A stretch of DNA of 64,000 nucleotides from an uncultured Acidobacteriaceae bacterium (lineage in GTDB: Bacteria > Acidobacteriota > Terriglobia > Terriglobales > Acidobacteriaceae). Numbering within the stretch: position 1 is the first letter of the stretch; each line of letters begins with the position of its first letter. The DNA lies in NCBI GenBank assembly GCA_963807725.1, contig CAWECL010000006.1, positions 81,435 to 145,434 on the forward strand, read 5' to 3'. Position numbers and translations under genes: made by a program. Under the pieces are notes generated by a model that was not told where the DNA came from, made no database searches, and saw nothing but the letters and a program-made list of their open reading frames with translations. Below are positions 39,385 through 49,640 of the stretch, piece by piece.

Positions 39385-42300
39385 TCAGAAAGCAAGCCTC
39401 AAAGCAAACTGGATAATGCGCGGTCCCCGGTAGTACGGAGAACTCGAGCCGGTGCTATCGGTCGTCACCTCTCCAAAGTTCGAGCTGCCTCCGACCGCCC
39501 CACCATTCGCAGTCGGACCGAAGAATTGCGCATGGTTGAAAGCGTTGAAGAAATTTGTCTGGAACTGGAGCGACTTGTTTTCGGTAAGTGGAAATTTTTC
39601 ATGAACGAGATATCCCAGTTGTTGATTCCTGGTCCCCGCAAGGTATTTCTCCCCATATTGCCGTAAGTGAAGAGCGGCACGCCGCCCGCGACCAAGCTGG
39701 TGCCATTCGGAATTACTGGCACGGGCTGACCCACCGGCGGCCCCGGAGCACATACCAGGTTGGTCGGATCGAAAAAGTAGGATCCGGTCGTGGTTCCCGA
39801 CAGGCAACTTCCATGCAGCCCATCGGGGTCGGGCTGAACGTACTAATGTTGGCGTGATTGCTGAAACCTGAATCGGTCCCACCACATCGGGACGATCCAA
39901 GCCTTCATCGAGAAACTCGCTTGAGTTGTTATGAGAAGAGCGTGAACGGGTTTCCTGATTGAAAGCTGGCGATCCCAGACACCGACCAACCTCCGAGAGC
40001 TTTGTGTCCGAATAAGCTTCCGTGGCTTCCGAACGGAAGTTGCCAGATCGGGACTGATCACCAAGCGGTGAGTCGCATCAAAATCGGCCAACCACGGTCG
40101 AATGCTGGGTCGGCGGATTGGTATAGGTGGAGGACCGCGCACGAAATCCGAAGTTTGATCGATGGTCTTCGCCAGCGTGTATGCGGCCCGGAATCTTAAA
40201 CCATGAGTGATGCGCCGGTCGACCGTCAGCTGGAATTCGTTACTCGACGAGTTCGCCTCACTCACAGTTGGTTTAGATCTGTTCGCGCCGAGTTGGAATG
40301 CCGGTGAACCAGCGGACTATCGCATTCGGCGAGTGGTCGGGCGCAATCCGGGGAAATGTTCTGATACGGGTCCACTCCGCTTGCCGCGACATAATGTTGT
40401 TATTGAGCATCGACAGTTGGGCCGCCTACCACTGGATAGTTTGATTTCCGTCGTGGCGACGCTTTGCGGCTCAGGCTGCCGACATAGACTACCTCCACCA
40501 AGGTGTCTTTAGTCAATTGATACTGAAATCCGAAATTGAAATTCTCAGCGTAGGGCGTGCGGAAGTGGGGTGAGACGACATACGCAAACGGAATGCGCCG
40601 GAGTAAAAACTTCCCTTAGTTGCCGCGAAGGGAGTATGGATAAGGGTCGGAAGTACCGAAGTTGCCGGTCTGGAAATGGATCCGCACGAATACGAGCCGT
40701 ACGGGCTCAAGGCAGCCGACGCAGCCCATTGCCGACGAGTAAAGCACGGATAGTTGTTGGCGACATATCCAAATGGAGGTTGGCCGCCAAATTGCAGGTT
40801 CAACGCCCCATCTTCGATGTCGTAGAAGATGCCAAAACCGCCCCGCATTACCAATTTGCGGTCCCAAACATGTCCCACGCAAAACCAAAGCGGGGGGCGA
40901 AATTGTTGCGATCGGGATAAACCAGGCCGCGGTTCGGTGTCCCAGGGTCGCCCGGGTATAGAAACGGGTTCGGTGCGTCCGGAAAGACGCGTCGACTGCT
41001 GTCCGGGATACCAGCCGATGATTTCATTGTCGCGGATCGATCTGCGGCGAGTTGTATTCGTAGCGCAAGCCATAGCTCAGTGTCAGTCTGATTGGTCAGT
41101 TTCCACGCATCCTGTCCGAAGAAATAAAGCGATTGCGTGCGGATGCCATATACCGCGTTGGAAAATTGGAAGTAGTTATCCGAGAAGCCGCCGACAAAGT
41201 CGGCGAGGACGTTTCCGCGTCGTCCGTGCAGACGTAAACCCAAAATCGAAGAAACTGCCGTTGTTATAGAAATCGTAGTTAAAATTGTTTCGGACCCAGC
41301 GCAGGTCACCGCCAAACTTTAAGTCGAATGATGCCCGTGCGTCCATGAAAATGTGTCCTGATACTGAAACGTTACGTCATGAATTTTAGTTGGGCCGGCG
41401 GGCGATGGTCCCAGCTCGAACGCGCCGCTGACCGATATTGAGGGAGGAGCCGCCCCGTCGGGGTCATCCGGAGTGACCGTTGTGAAGCCGAGCGACGAGG
41501 GTGAAGTTGTATCGTGCGGTACAGCGTTAAGGCTTGCGACCGATTTGCCGCAACTCGCAGCTCGTTTACCATCGTCGGCGAAATAGTCCGCGTCCAAGAG
41601 ATCGAACCCCTCTGGTACCGGTGATCGTCCGAGAATCCGGAACCAACTGGTACATCGCCTCCGGTGGACGCTCCATTCGATCTGAAAAGGGTAGAATCGC
41701 GGATGTCATCAAATAGATAGACCGCCGATAGGGTGTCTTGCTCGAGAGCGTGTGATCCTAGCGAAAAATCCCTTGGTCATCCTGAATGTCGCGACTGGTT
41801 CCGCGACAAACTGATTGCTCGGAAGATTGGGCAAAGGCAGGTATTTGTTGATGTAGTTCGCGATCACCGGATCGACCGGAACTTGATTTGCGATAGGGTG
41901 TGCGTCCTGCCCATGCAATGTAAGTCTGCCGGTCGCGACCGGATTAAAGAGTTGCCCCGAATCGAACATAGGATCTGAGGTCAGGAGTGGGGCAAGGATC
42001 GACCATGTTGCCGGTCAGAAGCTCTGAGAAGTTTCCGCTTCGCTCCGGCTGACTGAGCACTGTAAGCGCCGGTGCCACCTGCCCTTCTCGCCGCCGAGCT
42101 CCTTGATAGGACGCGAAAAAGAATGTCTTGTCTTTCACAATGGGGCCGCCGATCGAGCCGCCGAAAAGGTTGCGTTTGAAAACGGGCACTTCATGCAGCA
42201 TAAAATCACTTGCATTCAACGCATTGTTGCGAAAGAACTCGAACACGCTGCCGTGTACGCTGTTTGTGCCCGATTTAATGACCTGGTTAATAATCCCGCC

Positions 42301-43014
42301 CGAAGTGCGGCCATACTCTGCGCCGTAGTTGTTGGTCAAAATCTTGAACTCCGACACAGCGTCGGGATTAGGATTTACAACGATATTGTTCCCAAGGAAG
42401 TCGTTGTTGTCCGCGCCATCGATTAGAAACGTCATCGATTCCGAACGCTGGCCGCTCACCGAGAACGGATTGTTAGAGCCGTCGTCTTGGTCCGGTGCAA
42501 AGACGCCCGCCTGCAGCAAGCCGAGCTGCAACGTGTCGCGTTCCACCAACGGCAAATCGAGAATGCGTTGGGTGGTCTCCACTTTGCCCAGGGTCGCGCC
42601 GACTGTGTCTACTTGTGAAAGGTCGCCGCTGACTTCCACCACCTGGTTGGCGGTCCCAATTTTCAAGTCGACATCCAGATGCGCATTTTGGTTGATCTCA
42701 AGAGTGATGCCCTTGCGCACGTAGGTGCTGAATCCAGTTTGCTCCACCGACAGTTCGTAAGTGCCGATCGGCACAAGGGTGAACAAATAATCCCCATCCT
42801 TATTCGAAGCCACGCTGCGCGCAATATTCGTCTCCGTGTTCCTTAGCGTCACTTTTGCGCTGACCACGATCGCATGTGACGTATCTCGGATTGTGCCGGT
42901 GATTTGCGCGGTTGCTTGCTGCCCCGACGCTTGATTTGTTCCTGAGAAAACGAAGGAGAGAACGACGCAAATTGCAGCAGATACGCCAATACCAGGGAAG
43001 GAAGAGCGTTTCAT
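39385..43014 (-). pseudogene. TonB-dependent receptor (CarboxypepD_reg + plug + barrel) disrupted by multiple frameshifts or stops
   Basis: The N-terminus is intact in ORF 41944..43014 (signal peptide, ITGTIRDTSHAIVVSAKVTL..., plug NPFSVSGQRSE, DGADNND). The barrel continues through fragments 41709..41969, 41319..41597, 40848..41315, 40513..41073, 39843..40265 and 39465..39734. It ends in 39385..39900 with FFNAFNHAQFF...PRIIQFALRLAF. Confidence 0.85.
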
Positions 43015-43199
43015 GGGGCCCTCGCTGAAAGTTGGGCTTAATATTGCACGTTGTCTTCCGCGAAGACAAGATTGAAAGCAATTGAATTAACGGCAAGTGA
43101 CTGAACGTCATCTTCCGTCTTTGCGGATTCTTGCTCCGCCAATCGGGATTTCAGCGTCGCCCGCGCATTTTTGTAACACTTTGTAAAAGTGTGCCTACC

Positions 43200-44609
43200 T
43201 TAGAAGTAGGCCGCTGCTAACAGGATGACCACCGGATAGCATTCCAGCGTGTAACGCGGCTCGGGATTCTCGAGCGTTGCCAGGAAGATCGACCGCAGGA
43301 GGAGAAAGAGAACGAACAAGCCCATCCATCGAACTCGAGACCATTTGAGAAAAATCACGAGTACCGCCAGTGTCACATAAGCCAGGTTCAGCAAACCAAA
43401 ACCGACAGCCAACACAGACTGTCTGGTATCGTCATGAAATTCCCACCAGCGCGGATCAGGGGGCAGTAGCTCTGTCCGCGGCCGCAGCCACATATCGGCA
43501 ACCCGCATCACCGGCAGCGCGACGTAATAACGAAAACGATGAGCGCGAATCCGATCCGCCGCAATGCTCTCGAATCTAGAGTCCAGTTCCGGAGTCATAT
43601 CCTGGCCTTCGTTATAGTCCGCAATAACGGCGATCGTTGCGTCCCTTTGCGGCGCATTATCCATCGCCCGATTCGGTAGTTTCTGCGCCTCGATCTTGTC
43701 CCCGGGCACATTCCAATAGATCTCCTCGACCGAAACATAGTCGATAATCCAGGTTTTGACCCAGCGATTGAACCCGCGTGGGACAAGTTCGTCGCTTTCG
43801 TTGGCGTAGCGGGGAGCGAGCGGTTGGAAATGATGCAGCGTCCGAAAGTTACGCAGCGTCCAAGGAGCGAGAGGAGCGAGCGCAAACACAACCACGCATA
43901 CCGCGGCGACAGCCATCTCGCCAATTCGATTTTGGATGGCGGAGCCGTTCACCCCTTTGACGGTGACGACCGCCAGATAACAAATCAGAGCCGCCAGCAA
44001 AATCCCACCATCCGGACGCAACAAGATACAGCAAGCAATCGACAAGCCCGTCGCCGCCCAAATCGTCGCTGCCAAAATTTTGCGCGCGCCCGCCTGCGTC
44101 CCGCCGTCAACTGTCTGATTCAGCGCCGCCGCCGCCAAATCCAAAGCCAGCGCCGTAAAGAAAATTTCTAGAGTCTCCGTAAGCGCAGCGGCAGCGTAGT
44201 TAGCCAAAAAAGGACACACCGCCGCCAGCAAAAACGCGATTCGAGCCGCGCGCTCAGAAACCGTTCGTCGGGCAAGGTCGGCAACGATCAGGCACGTGCC
44301 CAGATCCACAAGTGCTTGCGCGAAAAGCACCGCCTTGAAATTGCCGACGCCAAATAGGAAGAAGATAGCGGCCAAAAATGCGGGATACCCTGGCAACCGC
44401 GTATCCGTTGGCAGAATCGATTTCTCAGGATGGCCGCCCTGCGTCTGACCGTAAATGCCGTGCTGCAGCCAATTCGTGGCCAGGTCGGCATAGACGTGGG
44501 AATCATCCGTGACTGCAGGAAAATGGAGGACGAAACACAATCGCAAAATCACCCCGGCCAAAGCCGTTCCCAGAAAAAACCAACGAGCGTTGCGAATCAA
44601 CCTGATCAC
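43200..44609 (-). CDS. GT-C fold membrane glycosyltransferase (ArnT/PMT, GT39/GT83-like)
   Basis: Has about 11 TM helices and the first-loop acidic motif FPAVTDDSHVYADLATNWLQHG, typical of ArnT/PMT-type enzymes. It is divergent from the large synthase gene. Confidence 0.7.
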   Translation of the reverse strand: MIRLIRNARWFFLGTALAGVILRLCFVLHFPAVTDDSHVYADLATNWLQHGIYGQTQGGHPEKSILPTDTRLPGYPAFLAAIFFLFGVGNFKAVLFAQALVDLGTCLIVADLARRTVSERAARIAFLLAAVCPFLANYAAAALTETLEIFFTALALDLAAAALNQTVDGGTQAGARKILAATIWAATGLSIACCILLRPDGGILLAALICYLAVVTVKGVNGSAIQNRIGEMAVAAVCVVVFALAPLAPWTLRNFRTLHHFQPLAPRYANESDELVPRGFNRWVKTWIIDYVSVEEIYWNVPGDKIEAQKLPNRAMDNAPQRDATIAVIADYNEGQDMTPELDSRFESIAADRIRAHRFRYYVALPVMRVADMWLRPRTELLPPDPRWWEFHDDTRQSVLAVGFGLLNLAYVTLAVLVIFLKWSRVRWMGLFVLFLLLRSIFLATLENPEPRYTLECYPVVILLAAAYF

Positions 44610-44790
44610 GTTGGGAATATATCGCGAATCACCGAATTTGCCTCCAACGTCTGCTGGAAGATGTCCAAGCCGAGAGAATGAAGACGAAACTCAAGGGCAG
44701 CACAACTTTAAGACCTGACACCTGACAGTGGACCGCTGGGTTTGACCCCTCGCCCCGCTCCCCATAGGATTAAGAAACAACATTAAGAGA

Positions 44791-47700
44791 ATGGCGAAAC
44801 AGGTCTTTTACGATCCCTTGCAAGCTCGCTGGAGGCGAATTCGCCGCGTTTTCGACGTGGCCGCCCTCGCGTTTTCCTTGCTCGTAGTCTTCTTCATATA
44901 CAGTGCTTTGCGCAGCGAGCCGCTCCCCGACCTTTCCTGGCTCACTGAAAAACGTCCCTACCACGCCCTAAAAGAAGATGAAAAAACGAAAGCCCGCGAG
45001 AAGCGCCGCCTCGCCACTCTTGCCCGCGCCGGCCACCGCCGTCCGCCTCGTAAACATCCTTCCCAACTCACTCTGAATTCCGAACAGGGAGTTCGCGCCG
45101 CCTTCTACGTACCCTGGGACGCCGCCAGCTTCTCCTCCTTGCGCGAGTACGCGCGCCAGATCGATTTGCTCTTTCCCACCTGGTTGCAGGTCCTCAGCTC
45201 TGACGGACATCTCGAAGCCTCCGACCCCGAAACCAACACGATGTTCGACGTGATCCATGGAGAAAAAGTCCGCACCGTCGATACCAAGGTCATGCCGTTC
45301 CTCAAAGCCGAAGACACCGACATGGAAGTCTTTCCGGTGGTACAGAATTTCGACGGCGTCGACTGGGTGACCGGCATCAGCGACTTCCTGAACAATCCGG
45401 ATTCGCGCGCCCGCTTTCGCCACGAAATCGGACTCTTCCTTGCCAGCGATCACTACCGCGGCCTGATGATCGACTTCGAATCCTTCCCGAAGAAAGGCCA
45501 GCCCGGCTACGTCTCTCTGCTGCAAGAACTCTCATCTGACTTGCACGCCAAGGGCATGAAGCTCTATGTAAGCGTCCAGGTGCGTAACGAGGATTTCGAT
45601 TACAAAGCAATCTCCGCCGCCGTCGATGGCGTCATCATCATGAACTACGACGAACACTATCCCGGCGGACTCCCCGGTCCCGTGGCTTCGCAGGATTGGT
45701 TCATGGACAACCTGGAAGCGGCCGTCAAAGAAATTCCGAAAGAGAAGCTGATCGTCGCCATCGCCAACTACGGATATGACTGGCCAGTGAAACCGAAAAC
45801 GGGCAAGCTTCCCCCGGGTGAGGCTGATAAGACCGTTTCCGTTCAGGAAGCGTGGATTGGAGCGCGCGACTCGGAAGAGGACATCGATTTCGACGGCGAC
45901 GCTCTAAATCCGCATTTCAGCTATCGCGACGACGACAACTTTCGCCACGATGTCTGGTTTCTCGACGCGGTGACCGCGCTGAATGAAATGCGCGCCGCGC
46001 AAACGCTCGGCATCCAGACCTTCGCCCTCTGGAGACTGGGTGCCGAAGACCGCTCCCTGTGGCGTGTCTGGGATATGCCCGGCGAAGCCAATGCCTCCGA
46101 CCGCCTGAAAGATGTTCCTCCTGGCCAGGACGTCGACATGGAAGGGGAAGGAGAAATCCTCCACATCGAAGCGCGCCCCACCGACGGCGAACGCGAGTTG
46201 ACCATCGACAAGCAAACCGGACTGATCGACGGCGAGGATTTCAAGAGCCTACCCGAGCCTTATCGCGTCGCTCGTTATGGCGCCAGCAAGAATCAACTGG
46301 CTCTAACCTTCGATGACGGCCCCGACCCCGAATGGACCCCCAAGATTCTCGACGTCCTCAAAGAAAAAAATGTCCCGGCAACTTTCTTCCTCATCGGAAT
46401 CCAAGCCGAAAAATTCGGCAGCCTAACCAAACGCATCTACGGCGAAAATCACGAGATCGGCAATCATACCTTCACTCATCCCGACATCAGCTCGATCGGC
46501 TCCCGGTACATGCAAGTCGAGATGAACCTGACCGAACAGCTTTTCGCCAGCCGCCTCGGCATTCGCACCATGCTCTTCCGTCCGCCGTATTCCGTCGACG
46601 CCGAGCCTGACACCGAAGACCAAGTGAAGCCGCTCGAACTCACGCAAAGCCTTGGCTACGTCACCATCGGCAACAAGATTGACACTAAAGATTGGAACGA
46701 CGACCCCGCCTTGTCGCCCCAGCAAATCGCCGCACGCGTGCTCGACCACTTGCCGCCATGCAAACCGAACGATCAGCAATGCGGCAACATCATTCTCATG
46801 CACGACGGCGGTGGCAACCGCGAACGAACGGTGCTTGCTCTCCCGCTCATCATCGACGGCGCTCGTGCCCGCGGATATCAATTCGTCCCCGTCTATCAAC
46901 TGATGGGCAAGACCAAAGCCGACGTCATGCCTCCGCTTCCGCGAGGTCAATATTGGTCGGCGCTGCTTAACTGGATCAGCTTTGCACTCTTCGGTGCAAC
47001 CATCACCGGCATTACTATCATCTTTTTCCTGGGTGACATCCTGATGACCGGTCGTCTCATTTCCGTCGGAGTGTTAGCCATTTACGACCGGCTGCGGTCG
47101 CACGTCTACGGCACAACCGAACAAATCAAGGCCTACCGCCCAATCGTCGCCGTTCTCGTCCCCGCCTACAACGAAGAGAAAGTGATCGAGCGCACCGTTC
47201 AAGGCGCGTTAGATTCCGATTATCCAAACCTGCGCGTGATCGTGATTGACGATGGTTCCAAGGATCGTACTTTGGAGATCGCCCGCCGTGCATTCGCCGC
47301 CGAAGAAGCGGACGGCCGGGTTCTCATCCTCACAAAAACCAACGGCGGCAAAGCCGAAGCTCTCAACTATGGGCTCGAGCACATCGGTGACGCCGAGATT
47401 TTCGTCGGTATCGACGCCGATACCATCATCGCTCCCGATGCCATCGCCAAGATGGTTCCACATTTCCTGAATCCTAAAGTCGGAGCCGTAGCCGGCAACG
47501 CCAAAGTCGGCAACCGCGTTAACCTCTGGACGCGCTGGCAAGCGCTCGAATACATCACGAGTCAAAATTTCGAGCGGCGAGCCCTCAACACTATGGGGGC
47601 GGTGAGCGTAGTGCCCGGAGCAATCGGATCCTGGCGCACCGAAGCCGTCCGCGAAGCCGGCGGCTACCACGTCGACACCGTAGCCGAAGACGCCGATCTC

Positions 47701-48303
47701 ACCATGGCCCTGCTGCGCAACGGCTATCGAGTGGAGTATGAAGATCAGGCACTCGCCTTCACCGAAGCTCCCACCAGCGCCAATGCCCTCATGCGGCAAC
47801 GCTTCCGCTGGTCGTTCGGAATCCTGCAAGCTATCTTCAAGCACAAAAAAGTTTTCGCGCGCAAAGGCGCATTGGGATGGGTCGCTCTTCCCAACATCCT
47901 CATCTTCCAGATTCTTCTTCCGCTCGTGTCGCCCTTCATCGACGTCATGTTTGCCGTCGGTGTGATCTGGTATTTCATTCAACGGCACTTCCATCCTGAT
48001 TCCACCGATCCCGCCAGCTTCCAGCGCCTGCTGCTTTTCTTTGGCGCGTTTCTGGTGATCGACTTCCTGGCGTCGTCGCTGGCCTTCGCGCTCGAGCGCC
48101 GACACCCCGAAGCCCGCGAAGACGCCTGGTTGTTAAGCCAAGTCTGGTTGCAGCGGTTCGCCTATCGCCAGGTATTCTCTCTGGTGTTGTTTCGCACTCT
48201 GAAGCGTGCCATCCAGGGCCTTCCCTTTGCCTGGGACAAGCTGGACCGAACCGCCGCCGTTAAATACGTCCCTGCCGAGCGCCGGGACTCAGTCAAAGTC
48301 TGA
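44791..48303 (+). CDS. Tri-domain exopolysaccharide enzyme: GH18-like + CE4 (NodB) polysaccharide deacetylase + processive GT2 synthase (PgaC/IcaA-like)
   Basis: After an N-terminal TM helix there is a GH18-type DxE block (YRGLMIDFESF, about 45461). The NodB motifs are LTFDDGPDPEWTP (about 46303), GNHTFTHPD and ILMHDGG. The GT2 motifs are VPAYNEE (about 47158), DDGSKD, GIDADT and QRFRWSFG (about 47797). C-terminal TM helices follow. Confidence 0.9.
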   Translation: MAKQVFYDPLQARWRRIRRVFDVAALAFSLLVVFFIYSALRSEPLPDLSWLTEKRPYHALKEDEKTKAREKRRLATLARAGHRRPPRKHPSQLTLNSEQGVRAAFYVPWDAASFSSLREYARQIDLLFPTWLQVLSSDGHLEASDPETNTMFDVIHGEKVRTVDTKVMPFLKAEDTDMEVFPVVQNFDGVDWVTGISDFLNNPDSRARFRHEIGLFLASDHYRGLMIDFESFPKKGQPGYVSLLQELSSDLHAKGMKLYVSVQVRNEDFDYKAISAAVDGVIIMNYDEHYPGGLPGPVASQDWFMDNLEAAVKEIPKEKLIVAIANYGYDWPVKPKTGKLPPGEADKTVSVQEAWIGARDSEEDIDFDGDALNPHFSYRDDDNFRHDVWFLDAVTALNEMRAAQTLGIQTFALWRLGAEDRSLWRVWDMPGEANASDRLKDVPPGQDVDMEGEGEILHIEARPTDGERELTIDKQTGLIDGEDFKSLPEPYRVARYGASKNQLALTFDDGPDPEWTPKILDVLKEKNVPATFFLIGIQAEKFGSLTKRIYGENHEIGNHTFTHPDISSIGSRYMQVEMNLTEQLFASRLGIRTMLFRPPYSVDAEPDTEDQVKPLELTQSLGYVTIGNKIDTKDWNDDPALSPQQIAARVLDHLPPCKPNDQQCGNIILMHDGGGNRERTVLALPLIIDGARARGYQFVPVYQLMGKTKADVMPPLPRGQYWSALLNWISFALFGATITGITIIFFLGDILMTGRLISVGVLAIYDRLRSHVYGTTEQIKAYRPIVAVLVPAYNEEKVIERTVQGALDSDYPNLRVIVIDDGSKDRTLEIARRAFAAEEADGRVLILTKTNGGKAEALNYGLEHIGDAEIFVGIDADTIIAPDAIAKMVPHFLNPKVGAVAGNAKVGNRVNLWTRWQALEYITSQNFERRALNTMGAVSVVPGAIGSWRTEAVREAGGYHVDTVAEDADLTMALLRNGYRVEYEDQALAFTEAPTSANALMRQRFRWSFGILQAIFKHKKVFARKGALGWVALPNILIFQILLPLVSPFIDVMFAVGVIWYFIQRHFHPDSTDPASFQRLLLFFGAFLVIDFLASSLAFALERRHPEAREDAWLLSQVWLQRFAYRQVFSLVLFRTLKRAIQGLPFAWDKLDRTAAVKYVPAERRDSVKV

Positions 48304-48328
48304 ACTGCAGTCATCGAGTCAAAGCATC

Positions 48329-49034
48329 ATGTACATTCCCAGACTCTTCCACGAAACGGACTGGCCGGTAATCAAGCGGGTTATCGAGGAGAACAGCTTC
48401 GCCACCGTGGTCACTTGCAGCGCCGGTCAGCCGACCGCAACCCACGTACCGCTGCGCCTGGTCGAAGCCGCAGATGGCACAGCGAAGCTGCAAGGTCATT
48501 TCTCCAAGGCCAATCCACACTGGCGCTCTATTCGAGCAGGCCGAAGGCAAAGAACAAGAAAACGAGAACGAGAACCATCCAGCGCCACGCTCGTTAGTCA
48601 TTTTCTCCGGCCCCGACTCCTATGTCTCCCCGCGCTGGTACGACCATGTGAACGTTCCCACCTGGAACTATGTGGCCGTCCACGTCTACGGAAAGGCGCG
48701 CCTGATAACCGATCCCGCCGAAATGCACGAGATGATGAAAGGCCTGGTGGATCGCTATGAGGGGCATCCTAATGAGGGACAACCCGCGGCCGAAACGGAA
48801 GCGGGAAACCGCTACACGCTCGATGGTTTACCGCCAGATTTTCTAGCATCGCAAATGAAAGGAATCGTAGGCTTCGAGATATCCGTCGACGAGATTCAGG
48901 CCAGCTTCAAGCTGAGCCAAAATCGCGATCAAAAAAATTACGAGAATGTAGTGGCCGAGTTGCGCAAGAGTGACAATCAAAAATCCCAAGACGTCGCCCA
49001 GATCATGTCAGACCGCCGTCCTCCCAAACCCTGA
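48329..49034 (+). pseudogene. PaiB-family FMN-binding putative regulator, split by a frameshift
   Basis: The N-terminal half (MYIPRLFHETDWPVIKRVIEENSFATVV...GHFSKANPHW) lies in the frame of ORF 48206..48760. The C-terminal half (SLVIFSGPDSYVSPRWYDHVNVPTWNYVAVHVYG...FKLSQNRD) lies in ORF 48474..49034. The switch is near 48505..48530. Confidence 0.75.
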
Positions 49035-49225
49035 CCCTTCACCTCCCAACTAAGCCCTGCCTCAGTTCGATAAGTCATGGTTAGCCTTGTGGTAACTACA
49101 GGAAGTGCTGTATCCAATATGGGAAGATGTTCTAATAAATTGAGTCCAGTGGTACCGCGCTAGCCACGGTTAAGAGTAAATTTGAGCTACGTGTACGACG
49201 AAACAAAATCGAGAGGAGACTATCT

Positions 49226-49531
49226 TTGAATCGAACTTTGAATCGAAAATTCGGAAACGCAGCGACAGCAGCCGTAGTTGCGGTAGCGCTTTTGCTATTT
49301 GTGGCGACCCCCCTTATCCATGCAGATGACCGCTCACGATGTCAGCATGCGATTGAGAAGGCGGAACTAAACCTGGACAGAGCGATCCACAATCATGGCG
49401 AACGCAGCCGCCAGGCAGACGAGCGTCGGCGCGACCTGAACGCCGAACGTGAGCGTTGCTGGGGCGCGTACCATCAATGGTGGAACGGGCACGATCACCG
49501 TTGGGAAACTGAGCACAACTGGGATCACTAA
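49226..49531 (+). CDS. Small secreted protein with His/Trp-rich C-terminus
   Basis: GAGAGGAG precedes the TTG start. It has a signal peptide (AAVVAVALLLFVATPLIHA), two Cys, and the tail YHQWWNGHDHRWETEHNWDH. Confidence 0.5.
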   Translation: MNRTLNRKFGNAATAAVVAVALLLFVATPLIHADDRSRCQHAIEKAELNLDRAIHNHGERSRQADERRRDLNAERERCWGAYHQWWNGHDHRWETEHNWDH

Positions 49532-49566
49532 ACCACTTTCGCGTGGTTAAAAAACCTCAAAGCTTG

Positions 49567-49615
49567 CAAAAAAGTGGGGCATCCGGCAGAGTCGAGCGAC
49601 TCCAGGATGCCCCAC
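49567..49615 (-). terminator. Rho-independent terminator of the minus-strand gene 49641..50621
   Basis: Read as GTGGGGCATCC-(20 nt)-GGATGCCCCAC. A plus-strand A6-7 run precedes it, which is a U-run after the hairpin on the minus strand. Confidence 0.6.
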
Positions 49616-49640
49616 TAACCATAAGGATCAAACAGCACGA

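Noticed and set aside
43176-43192. There is a 7-bp inverted repeat, ACACTTT-gta-AAAGTGT, just downstream of the GT-C gene stop and upstream of the decayed receptor gene.
   Set aside because: The stem is short, with no U-tract on either strand, so it is not a convincing terminator. Any operator role would concern a pseudogene and cannot be supported.
47209-48105. A 298-aa minus-strand ORF lies inside the GT2 domain region.
   Set aside because: It is antisense to a region carrying unmistakable GT2 motifs (DDGSKD, DADT, QRFRW). It is a shadow ORF.
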